Shown here piece by piece: positions 7,945-16,452 of a DNA stretch of 24,000 nt (its first letter is position 1; every line of letters begins with the position of its first letter). Position numbers and translations under genes: made by a program. The stretch spans positions 1 through 24,000 of the forward strand of contig JAJZUM010000016.1 of NCBI GenBank assembly GCA_021848605.1, read 5' to 3'. Source of the stretch: Pseudomonadota bacterium (GTDB taxonomy: Bacteria; Pseudomonadota; Gammaproteobacteria; Pseudomonadales; Moraxellaceae). The notes under the pieces were generated by a model. That model had not been told where the DNA came from. It worked only from the letters and a program-made list of their open reading frames with translations, and did no database searches.

Positions 7945-9618
7945 GTGAACAAACATCACCAAAAAAGGGAATTCCTGGTTCTTTTCTTGTGTGCGTTCAG
8001 TTGTTCCAAGTTGTTTGCCGCTCCCGTAGTGCCGGTAAGTCTGCCCACCAATGCCGGAGAAACCTTAAAGCAATCAATCCCCAATTCACCAACCCATAAC
8101 CATTCCATGGATCAGGATATTTTGCCCGTCATGCCTTTGCCGAGGGGGGGGCATAGTCACGGGGGGGCACAAGTACATGTCAAGGAGTTCAGGTTTCTTG
8201 GTGTGACACGTTTTCCGCAGTCCGAACTACAGGCACTTATCCGTGATCAACTTGGTCGCGATCTCGATGTTGCCGATTTATATGCGGTCGCTGATCGATT
8301 GACCGGTTTTTATCGCAATCATGGTTATATTCTGGCACGAGCCTATCTTCCTGCTCAGAGTCTCGATGCGGGTATCGTTACGTTTAGGATACTGGAAGGA
8401 CGTTATGGCCGTGTTCAACTCAATAACCATTCTAGGGTCCGAGCTATCCAGTTGCAGCCGTTTTTGTCGGATTTGAAGGAGGGGCAGGTTGTTGAGACCC
8501 GATCCCTGGAACGGCAATTATTGTTGATGAATGACATCCCGGGCGTTGTTGTGCACTCGACACTGGCTCCGGGGGTGCATGTTGGTGAAACTTCCCTGTC
8601 TGTTCAGGCAACATCAACCCCATTGGTTCAGGGGCATTTTTCTCTGGATAATTGGGGCGAGCAGTTTACCGGTGCGGTGCGTGGTTCGGCTCAGGTTGAT
8701 GTTTTTGATCCAACTGGGCTTGGTGATCATCTTGATGCCTATCTGATGGATACCCAGTATGGAGGTACTAAATATGGACATTTCGCTTATGATGTGGGTG
8801 TCGGTGGTCAAGGATTGCGTCTCGGTTCTTCCTACGATAGTTTGCATTATCTTCTGGCACAGACCTACAATGCCTTACATGCCTTTGGAACAGCTCAGAC
8901 GGGCAGTGCCTATATGCTGTGGCCGTGGGTTCGAAGCCGTCAACAGACGGTTGATGTTACTTTAAGCTATGCCCATCGTACGCTGCATGACCTTGTGATG
9001 AGTGTTGGTAGTCAGGATGCCAAATGGTCCCAGATTGGATCTGTTCTGATCAACGGTCAGGCTCTGATCAGGGATATGGATCAGGCAACTTGGTCCGTTC
9101 AGGTGACGCATGGTGTAGAGCGTTCTGAAGGGGTTTCTGCCGCCAGCGACCAGGTTGCCGGACTTTATACCCATATAAATCTCGACGGTAGTTGGGCTCA
9201 CGCATTCGGAAATCAATGGACCTTTTATGCTCATGCCCAGGCCCAACGCGCCAGTGGCAATCTCGATCTGTCCGAAAAAATGTCTTTGGGTGGGCCACAA
9301 GGCGTACGTGCTTATCCCATGGGCGAAGTACAAGCCGACGATGCCGTACTTGGAACGCTTGAACTGCGTCGACGCCTCAATACATCCACTCAGGTTTGGG
9401 CCTTCTGGGATGCAGGTTTTGGGCATGGCTATCATGATCCATTGCCTACCGATATGAACAATAAAAGAGCCATTGGTGGGCCAGGCTTTGGTGGAGGATG
9501 GATTATTTCTCCTCATGTCTCATCCCGTCTTGATCTGGCTTGGCCGGTTGAATCTCCGGCAACTTCAGCACCACAAGATCGCCCCACAATCTGGTGGCAA
9601 TTGATGTCGTCATTTTGA
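7945..9618 (+). CDS. ShlB/FhaC/HecB-family two-partner-secretion outer-membrane transporter (TpsB)
   Basis: Signal peptide NKHHQKREFLVLFLCAFSCSKLFA/AP. POTRA region VKEFRFLGVTRFPQSELQALI...FYRNHGYILARAYLPAQSLDAGIVTFRILEGRYG. LGGPQGVRAYPMGE motif. Terminal ...LMSSF. The track start at 7867 lies inside the IS right end, so the in-frame GTG at 7945 is proposed; the start is uncertain. Confidence 0.85.
   Translation: MNKHHQKREFLVLFLCAFSCSKLFAAPVVPVSLPTNAGETLKQSIPNSPTHNHSMDQDILPVMPLPRGGHSHGGAQVHVKEFRFLGVTRFPQSELQALIRDQLGRDLDVADLYAVADRLTGFYRNHGYILARAYLPAQSLDAGIVTFRILEGRYGRVQLNNHSRVRAIQLQPFLSDLKEGQVVETRSLERQLLLMNDIPGVVVHSTLAPGVHVGETSLSVQATSTPLVQGHFSLDNWGEQFTGAVRGSAQVDVFDPTGLGDHLDAYLMDTQYGGTKYGHFAYDVGVGGQGLRLGSSYDSLHYLLAQTYNALHAFGTAQTGSAYMLWPWVRSRQQTVDVTLSYAHRTLHDLVMSVGSQDAKWSQIGSVLINGQALIRDMDQATWSVQVTHGVERSEGVSAASDQVAGLYTHINLDGSWAHAFGNQWTFYAHAQAQRASGNLDLSEKMSLGGPQGVRAYPMGEVQADDAVLGTLELRRRLNTSTQVWAFWDAGFGHGYHDPLPTDMNNKRAIGGPGFGGGWIISPHVSSRLDLAWPVESPATSAPQDRPTIWWQLMSSF
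8144..8167 (+). repeat. Two homopolymeric G tracts (G8 at 8144-8151, G7 at 8161-8167) inside tpsB
   Basis: Read directly as gaGGGGGGGGcatagtcacGGGGGGGcac, encoding PRGGHSHGGA between the signal peptide and the first POTRA domain. Confidence 0.9.
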
Positions 9619-9702
9619 TCGTCAATTCCGAAAGAAACGATCTCGTTATGTTCTTTAGATAATTTCACATCAGATAGAACCACTCCGATTGTTTTGTGTT
9701 TC

Positions 9703-9800
9703 TTGATATTCTCTCCGCCCTCAGCCTTCAACTGCTTGCGCGGCCCCTGGACCTATTGGGTCTAAAGAAATGACGGAGTTTTAAGCCCCCCCTGAAATAA
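9703..9800 (-). repeat. Orphan IS200/IS605 right-end-like relic (copy 2), same orientation as copy 1
   Basis: The minus strand reads ...gcttaaaactccgtcatttctttagacccaataggtccagggg...gagggcggagagaatatcaag. The last 20 nt match the intact right end agggcggtgaggatgtcaag (7861-7880) at 17 of 20 positions. The core matches copy 1. Confidence 0.55.
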
Positions 9801-9929
9801 ATAATTCATCATTTTGTGTACAAATAACCCTATGGTAAATAGGTTAAAGTGTACGGAAAGTCTAAGTCTGCTGTGGTTATTGAGATCAACAGAGATTAAA
9901 AAATGCTGTTTTTTTAACCGGGGGTGGGC

Positions 9930-10397
9930 ATGAAGTTTGTCTGGGAATCCCGTCTTGACACTGGTGTTTTGGAGATTGATGAGCAGCACCAGCAGATTGT
10001 TGCGTTGATTGGCCTTATGGCTGACCTGCAAAAAAAGCCCCTGGATTTCGGTGAACTGCAAAAGCTTTTTGATTCCCTGAATGTGTACGCCCACGACCAT
10101 TTTGCATGCGAACGGATTATGGTTTTTCAGGCGGGTCTCAGTGAGACATCTCTGTGGTTTAATCATCAGGGAGCCCATGAGTATTATATGAAACGGATTG
10201 CCGATTTCAGAGACGATATCGATCGTCGGGATGAACGGGCGCTTGTTCAGATCGGAGCATTTTTGAAATATTGGTGGGTTCAACATATCTGTCATGAAGA
10301 CATGTTGCTGGTTGAGGTTCTGAAGGAAAAGAAATTACATGACGAAGCAGTTGCTGCTTCTCTGATCCCGGACGAGCGTGTCCGGGATCAGAGTTGA
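9930..10397 (+). CDS. Bacteriohemerythrin / hemerythrin-like metal-binding protein
   Basis: MKFVWESRLDTGVLEIDEQHQQIVALI... (the W..-..TG...ID.QH signature) plus downstream His and Glu ligand positions (HFACE, HQGAHEYY, WWVQHICHEDM). The ATG at 9930 follows a GGGGGTGGG ribosome-binding site. Confidence 0.85.
   Translation: MKFVWESRLDTGVLEIDEQHQQIVALIGLMADLQKKPLDFGELQKLFDSLNVYAHDHFACERIMVFQAGLSETSLWFNHQGAHEYYMKRIADFRDDIDRRDERALVQIGAFLKYWWVQHICHEDMLLVEVLKEKKLHDEAVAASLIPDERVRDQS
10360..10393. terminator. Perfect 14-bp hairpin at the convergent hemerythrin/RND junction (candidate bidirectional terminator)
   Basis: CTCTGATCCCGGAC-gagcgt-GTCCGGGATCAGAG. It sits inside the last hemerythrin codons, 7 nt beyond the RND stop codon on the other strand. 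A second hairpin, GAAGCAG-ttg-CTGCTTC (10344-10360), abuts it. Confidence 0.45.
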
Positions 10398-10400
10398 GAT

Positions 10401-13400
10401 TCAGTTTGAATCAACAGTAGATGCTGTTTCTGTGTCGAGGAGATCACCCAGCAAACGCCGTACACTGACATAAAATACCGGAATCAGTAGCAGCCCAAGC
10501 AGAGTTGCGAAAAGCATTCCACCCATGACACCAGTACCAATTTCGTGTCGGGATACTGAACCTGCACCACTGGAGAGCACCAGTGGCAATACGCCTAGAA
10601 TGAAGGCAAAGGAGGTCATAAGGATAGGACGCAGGCGCAATTTCGCTGCATGCAGAACGGCCTCGTAAAGACTGTGTCCCTCATTCTGGTTCAGGACGGC
10701 GAATTCTACAATGAGGATCGCATTCTTGGCTGCCAGACCAATGACAGTGACCAGGCCAATCTTGAAATAGATATCATTGGGCATGCCACGGAACAAACAG
10801 AAAGACTCCATGCCGAGCAAGCCGAGGGGTACGACCAACAGTACAGATACAGGAATGGACCAGCTCTCATAAAGGGCGGCAAGGCAAAGAAATACAACAA
10901 AGATGGACAGCAACATCAGCCGGGTTGATGAACTGCCGGCGAGAACCTCCTGATAAGATTGTCCAGTCCATTCAGCCCCATAACCTGGTGGAAGTGTCTG
11001 GTCAATGATCTTCTCAATACTCTGCATGCCCTGTCCTGTGGTGTAACCGGGTTTTGGATTGCCCACAATTTCAACGGCGGGATAACCATTGTAGCGCTGC
11101 AACAAAAGTGGACCGACAGTCCATCTGGTTTTCAGAACACTGGACAAAGGCACCATGTTATAAGGACTGATTCCAGTATTGGAAACCGAAGGATTCATAT
11201 TGGCAACAGAACTTGCCGTGATGTTGGGCGCGGGAGTAAACAGATGTCTAAGAACGTTGGTATCCATTCGGAATGTCGCATCATCCTGAATCAAAACCTG
11301 TTTGATACGTCCTTCATAAGACATCTGATCAACATACATGGGAGCAATTTCCATGTCGATGGTGTTGTAAACGTCACTGAGTGATAACCCCAACGCAGCC
11401 GCTTGGTGCCGATCTAACTGGATATGAAATTGCGGGGCACTGGGCAGGGCATTGGGACGAACCTGCATCAACATGGGGTTTTTGGCAGCAGCACCCAAAA
11501 GGGTTTTCTCGGCCTTGGCGAGTTCCTGGTGTGTTTGTCCGGCACGAGCGAGAAGATAGAGATCGATACCCCCAAAACGGCTGAGACCACGAATCGTTGG
11601 AAGATTGACGGCAAAGATCTTGGCATCGGGAATCCCGGCCAGCACTTTGTTGAACTGCGGTAGAAGTTGCATGACCGTTTGTGGTCGGTCATTCCAGTCC
11701 TTCAGTTTAATAAAAGACATACCGACATTTTCACTGACGCCGACAAAGCTGAACCCCTGTGGCTGAAAAATATCCTTGATGTAGGACTTGAGGGGGCTTT
11801 GTAGCAGATGGGTACGTACTTCGGCCATCACTTCTTGGGTACGTTCAAGAGACTGGCCCGCAGGAAGGTTTACCAAAGCCAGTACAAAGCCTTGATCTTC
11901 ATCGGGAACAAAGCTGGTGGGCAGTTTGATAAACAGAAATCCAGCGAGAAATGCAAAAAGTGCAAAGAGCATCATCCAGCGTGGAGCATGCCGAACGGCT
12001 CGACCGACATGTCCTTGATAGGCGTGGGCAGTTTTGTTAAAAGCCTGATCAAACATTCGGTACATCCAGTGTCGTCCATCATGTCGTTCCGGGCGAAGCA
12101 GCGCGGCACAGAGTGCGGGTGTAAATGAAAGCGCCAGAAATGCCGAAAAGGCCATGGAGATCGCAATGGTCAGAGCAAACTGGGCATAAATAATCCCGGT
12201 GGCTCCGGGCTGCAGGGCTGATGGTACAAACACTGCTGTCAGTACTAAGGTAATTGCGACAATGGCTCCGGTGATCTGTCCCATAGCTTTGCGGGTTGCC
12301 TCATGCGGATCGAGGTGTTCTTCACTCATGATTCGCTCGACATTTTCGATCACGACAATAGCGTCATCGACCACAATCCCAATGGCCAACACCATGCCAA
12401 AGAGAGTCAACTGATTAATGGTATAGTGCATAAACGACAAACCAATAAACGTACCCAACAGAGCGATCGGGATCACTAACGTTGGGATCAGTGTTGCTCT
12501 AAGATTTTGTAGGAAAATGAGCATCACGAAAAAGACCAGCACAACAGCTTCCAGCAAAGTCATGACGACTTCATGGATCGAAGCGGTAATAAAAGGAACC
12601 GTATCGTAGGGAACGGTCCAGATCACACCCTTGGGCAAGTCCCTTGCAAGCGATTCCATCTCATGCATGACCGCATCGTGCACAGAAAGCGCATTGGCAC
12701 CAGGGGTCAGGAATATACCAAGACCACCAGCGGGTTGACCATTGAGTTCGGCATGCTCTCCGTAGTTTTGCGCTCCAAAGCTGATGCGTGCCACATCACT
12801 AAGTCGGACCACACTGCCATCGCTGCTGGATCGCACAATAATATTTCGAAATTGTTCAAGAGACGTAAATAGCTTGTCTCCAGACACAGTGGCTGTGAAC
12901 TCTTGACCGGGCAAGGCGGGATCTGAACCAATTGAGCCCGATGAAAATTGGGCATTTTGGGCGTTAATGGCATTGAGTACCTGGGTCGTTGAAAGGCCGT
13001 AGGCTTGTAGCCTATCAGGATTCAGCCAGATCCGTACGGCATATTCTGAGCCAAGAATAAAAGTATTGCCCACACCGTTCAGTCGCGAAAGGGCAGGATT
13101 AATCCGTGATGCCATGATGTCACTCAGACGTTGGCTATCGATGGCTGGATTGGTGGAATGAAGAGCAATAAACATCAAAATGTCGGGTGTGGCTTTGGCA
13201 ACCGTAATACCTTGCTGGGTGACCGCTTTGGGCAGCAAAGGCGCAGCCAGATTTACTTTGTTTTGAACCTGCACCTGAGCAATATCCGGATTGGTTCCAG
13301 TAGCAAAAGTCAGAGTGATGACGGTCTGACCGTTAGATCCTGAGTTGGAACTGAAATAGAGCAGATTATCGATACCGGTCAATTGTTGCTCAATAATCTG

Positions 13401-13586
13401 GGTAACCGTCGATTCCATGGTTTCAGCATTGGCCCCAGGGTAGTTTGCGGTGACCGTAACTTGCGGAGGCGCAATATTTGGGTATGATGAAATACCCATG
13501 TTCTTTAGTGAGATATAGCCAAACAAGACGATCAGGATGGCAATGACCCATGCAAAGATGGGCCTTTGAATAAAAAAGCTGGGCAC
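10401..13586 (-). CDS. RND multidrug efflux permease, HAE1 family (AcrB/MexB-like)
   Basis: 1061 aa. MPSFFIQRPIFAWVIAILIVLFG... aligns closely with my recollection of E. coli AcrB across the N-terminal half (ATLIPT, DDAIVVIENVER). GTG start with a GGAGAA ribosome-binding site. Confidence 0.95.
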   Translation of the reverse strand: MPSFFIQRPIFAWVIAILIVLFGYISLKNMGISSYPNIAPPQVTVTANYPGANAETMESTVTQIIEQQLTGIDNLLYFSSNSGSNGQTVITLTFATGTNPDIAQVQVQNKVNLAAPLLPKAVTQQGITVAKATPDILMFIALHSTNPAIDSQRLSDIMASRINPALSRLNGVGNTFILGSEYAVRIWLNPDRLQAYGLSTTQVLNAINAQNAQFSSGSIGSDPALPGQEFTATVSGDKLFTSLEQFRNIIVRSSSDGSVVRLSDVARISFGAQNYGEHAELNGQPAGGLGIFLTPGANALSVHDAVMHEMESLARDLPKGVIWTVPYDTVPFITASIHEVVMTLLEAVVLVFFVMLIFLQNLRATLIPTLVIPIALLGTFIGLSFMHYTINQLTLFGMVLAIGIVVDDAIVVIENVERIMSEEHLDPHEATRKAMGQITGAIVAITLVLTAVFVPSALQPGATGIIYAQFALTIAISMAFSAFLALSFTPALCAALLRPERHDGRHWMYRMFDQAFNKTAHAYQGHVGRAVRHAPRWMMLFALFAFLAGFLFIKLPTSFVPDEDQGFVLALVNLPAGQSLERTQEVMAEVRTHLLQSPLKSYIKDIFQPQGFSFVGVSENVGMSFIKLKDWNDRPQTVMQLLPQFNKVLAGIPDAKIFAVNLPTIRGLSRFGGIDLYLLARAGQTHQELAKAEKTLLGAAAKNPMLMQVRPNALPSAPQFHIQLDRHQAAALGLSLSDVYNTIDMEIAPMYVDQMSYEGRIKQVLIQDDATFRMDTNVLRHLFTPAPNITASSVANMNPSVSNTGISPYNMVPLSSVLKTRWTVGPLLLQRYNGYPAVEIVGNPKPGYTTGQGMQSIEKIIDQTLPPGYGAEWTGQSYQEVLAGSSSTRLMLLSIFVVFLCLAALYESWSIPVSVLLVVPLGLLGMESFCLFRGMPNDIYFKIGLVTVIGLAAKNAILIVEFAVLNQNEGHSLYEAVLHAAKLRLRPILMTSFAFILGVLPLVLSSGAGSVSRHEIGTGVMGGMLFATLLGLLLIPVFYVSVRRLLGDLLDTETASTVDSN

Positions 13587-13601
13587 CTTGATTCTCCTTG
13601 C

Positions 13602-14789
13602 TTAGTAGCCTGATCCAGAGGGATTCTCTGATCGTTTGACCAAATGCTCCTGCCAGGGTTTTTCATGTACAAGGCCACCGGGGTGGCTGTTTTGCAAGCC
13701 CTGGATGATCACGTGATCACCGGCATGAAGACCTGAAGTGACGATCCATTGACCCGTAGGCCCGTTGTCTGTGCTCACCGGTTGTTGTTCAACCTTGTTT
13801 TCAGCATTGACCTTCAGAACATAGGAGCCATCCTGATCCTGCTGCACTGCTTGTTGTGGTACGACCACGACATGATTCCGCAGGCCAACAGAAAGGCTTA
13901 AATTAACGAACATCCCAGGAAGCAAAAGGTGATCGGGGTTACGAACTTCAGCACGCATGCCAATTGCACCGGTTGAAGGATTGACCGACACATCACTGAA
14001 ATCAAGATGGGCAGGAATGGTGTAGGGGTGTCCGTCGGGCAGGATCAGATCAACGCGCCCCTGATCTTGGTTCAAAGAATGCAGTCGCCCCTTCTGGCGC
14101 ATCGTCTGGATTTGCAACCATTCCTGGGCGCTGATTGTAAATTGGATATAGACCGAATCGATTTGCTGAATGTTCGTCAGCAATGTACCGTTGCTACCAC
14201 TGTCATTACTGTTGTTTCCAACCAGCGAGCCGGGTGTTACCTGCTGCTGCCCAGCAATGCCATTAATAGGCGCAGTAATACGCGTGTATCCCAAGTTGAT
14301 GCGAGCAGTCTCCACAACAGCCTGATCCGCTTTGACTTTGGCAGCGACACTTCGTTCGGCGGCATCAGCGTCATCAACCACTTGCTGGGATACGGCGCCG
14401 GATGCCTGTTGCTGATGATCCCGTCTCGCGGTGATTCGTGCATTCTTGAGGGTTGCCTGATCAGCGGCAAGCATGGCTAGGTCCGTATCCAACTGAGCCT
14501 GGTAGTAACTGGGGTCGATCTCAAAAAGTTGCTGTCCTTTGTGGACTTCACTTCCTTCTTGATAAAGTCGTTTTAAAACAACACCGGAAACACGAGCCAC
14601 TACATTGGCCGATTGCAAGGCCGCAATTCGACCTACAAATGTTTTTTGCAAAGGCAGTTCTTGTTCATGCACCACCAGTGTTGCGACTGTTGGTATCATG
14701 TGCGGATTAACGTCAGCCTTCTGGATAGGACCACTCTTGCTGCAACCTGCCAAAAGGGTGCATAGTGCGACAAGATACCTGTTGTTCAT
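13602..14789 (-). CDS. RND efflux periplasmic adaptor (membrane fusion protein, AcrA/MexA-like lipoprotein)
   Basis: 395 aa with the lipobox LLAGCS, coiled-coil and beta-barrel MFP features (GQQLFEIDP, LGYTRITAPINGI). It lies directly upstream of the RND gene. Confidence 0.9.
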   Translation of the reverse strand: MNNRYLVALCTLLAGCSKSGPIQKADVNPHMIPTVATLVVHEQELPLQKTFVGRIAALQSANVVARVSGVVLKRLYQEGSEVHKGQQLFEIDPSYYQAQLDTDLAMLAADQATLKNARITARRDHQQQASGAVSQQVVDDADAAERSVAAKVKADQAVVETARINLGYTRITAPINGIAGQQQVTPGSLVGNNSNDSGSNGTLLTNIQQIDSVYIQFTISAQEWLQIQTMRQKGRLHSLNQDQGRVDLILPDGHPYTIPAHLDFSDVSVNPSTGAIGMRAEVRNPDHLLLPGMFVNLSLSVGLRNHVVVVPQQAVQQDQDGSYVLKVNAENKVEQQPVSTDNGPTGQWIVTSGLHAGDHVIIQGLQNSHPGGLVHEKPWQEHLVKRSENPSGSGY

Positions 14790-14821
14790 GGTTCATTTCC
14801 TTGCAGTCAATGAGGTCGATA

Positions 14822-16270
14822 TTAGCCTTGTTGCGGCAATCCGGATTTTTTACCGGACCAATTTCCGCCCATAGCCTGATACAGTGCAGCTGAATCAGCC
14901 AAAAGACTCGATTGTGCAGCCAAAACAGTGATCTGGATATTTTTGAGCGATGATTGTTCCGAAATCAGGGAAGATAAAGAAGTTGCGCCACTGACATATC
15001 GGGTTTGCGCAAGTCGCAAACGGGTTTCTTCTTGTTGCAGGCTGTTGGTTCGATATTGAAGGGTTTGCTGATCATGCTGCAGGGCCGTCAAGGCATCAGC
15101 AACTTGCTGAAAAGCCGTGACCACCGTTTGCCGATAGACCAACCCAGCGCTTTGCATCGCCTCAATGGCCGCCTTCTTCTTGTTTTTCAAAGCACCACCA
15201 TCAAAAAGAGGCTGGGTCAAGTTGCCCCCAAGTGCCCACACCAACGATTTGCTGCGAAAGAGCTTCGAAAGGGTTATGGCATCAAAGGCCGTTGAGGCGG
15301 TTAGAGTAAATTGAGGCAACATATTTGCTTTGGCAACACCAACCTGAGATGCGGCCGCATCCCACAAAGCTTCAGCAGCCCGGATATCAGGGCGCTGAAC
15401 CAACAACTGGGCGGGAAGAGCAACGGGTACAGGTGCAGGCAGCTTCATCTGGGCAAGATCTCCCGAGTCAATCTGCGCATCGGGCGAACGCCCCAGTAGG
15501 GCATTCAACTGGTGTTTGAGTTGTTCGATGGACTTCTGGGTCTGGGGAATAACCGCTTGGGCATTACTTAGCGTCTGTTCCTGAGCCAGAAGGCTGTCTT
15601 GGTCAATGGCACCGGATTGGTATTGGATCTTGAGCAAAGAAAGTTGACGATTTTGATCGGCAAGCACACGCTGCTGGAGATCAAGCAATTTCAGTTCATA
15701 AGCCAGATTCATGGCAGCGGTGACGATATTGGCGGCGAGCGTTTGTTCCGAAGCCTCATACTGAAAGTTCTGTGCCTGAAGCTGGCTCAGAATTTCTTTC
15801 AGTGCCAGACGGGACGCACCCCACAGATCAATGCCATAACTGACATTAACACCCGTGTTGTACAGATTAAATGGTCCAAAGAGTACACCGGGACCGAAAA
15901 AAAGTTTCTGGCGTTCTGTGTTGACCCCCAGGTTGACCGTGGGGAAAAGCAGTGATCCACGTTCGGCCTGATAAAGATCAAACTGCTGTTGCAGGACGTG
16001 CACTTGGGCCTTCAGGTTGGGATTGGCATGCAAGCCCTGATCAACCAGTTGGTTCAGGGTTTCTGAATGGTAGCTTCGCCACCACTTCATTTGTGTGTAA
16101 CCGGAACCAGATGTCGTCATTGATGATGGTGGTATTTGGTAATGCAAATCCCGCACCGATTGTTGGCTCTTGGTTTCAGGGGCAGAAATGCAGCCCGAAA
16201 GCATTAAAACAGGCAATGCAGTCAGCAAGAGTGCTTTGGGTATGAACGAAACACCTTTTTTCGTATTCAT
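14822..16270 (-). CDS. Efflux outer-membrane factor lipoprotein (NodT/OprM family)
   Basis: 482 aa with the lipobox MLSGCISAP and the duplicated TolC-like repeat pattern (RPDIRAAE, LFDGGA). It is the first gene of the three-gene efflux operon. Confidence 0.9.
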   Translation of the reverse strand: MNTKKGVSFIPKALLLTALPVLMLSGCISAPETKSQQSVRDLHYQIPPSSMTTSGSGYTQMKWWRSYHSETLNQLVDQGLHANPNLKAQVHVLQQQFDLYQAERGSLLFPTVNLGVNTERQKLFFGPGVLFGPFNLYNTGVNVSYGIDLWGASRLALKEILSQLQAQNFQYEASEQTLAANIVTAAMNLAYELKLLDLQQRVLADQNRQLSLLKIQYQSGAIDQDSLLAQEQTLSNAQAVIPQTQKSIEQLKHQLNALLGRSPDAQIDSGDLAQMKLPAPVPVALPAQLLVQRPDIRAAEALWDAAASQVGVAKANMLPQFTLTASTAFDAITLSKLFRSKSLVWALGGNLTQPLFDGGALKNKKKAAIEAMQSAGLVYRQTVVTAFQQVADALTALQHDQQTLQYRTNSLQQEETRLRLAQTRYVSGATSLSSLISEQSSLKNIQITVLAAQSSLLADSAALYQAMGGNWSGKKSGLPQQG

Positions 16271-16452
16271 AATTTCTCCCCTAGTGCCAAGAAAACAATA
16301 ACGGCCATGATAATTAATAAGTGAACTATATACAATCGAATCAGATCAAATAATGCTAAATTTGGGGCTCAACGGGTTAGCCTAATTCTGTCCAAAGTAT
16401 CACGATTTATGATGGACATTATATCCATGGACTGCAACTAGACAGGTTATCT

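Noticed and set aside
8962-10295. 184-aa and 177-aa minus-strand ORFs, antisense to tpsB and the hemerythrin gene
   Set aside because: Both overlap well-supported genes on the other strand and translate to motif-less sequence.
10401-16270. The OMF-MFP-RND gene order suggested a CzcCBA-type heavy-metal efflux system
   Set aside because: The RND protein aligns with AcrB-type HAE1 pumps from its first residues and lacks the features I associate with CzcA. I call it a multidrug-type system with an unusual but known gene order.
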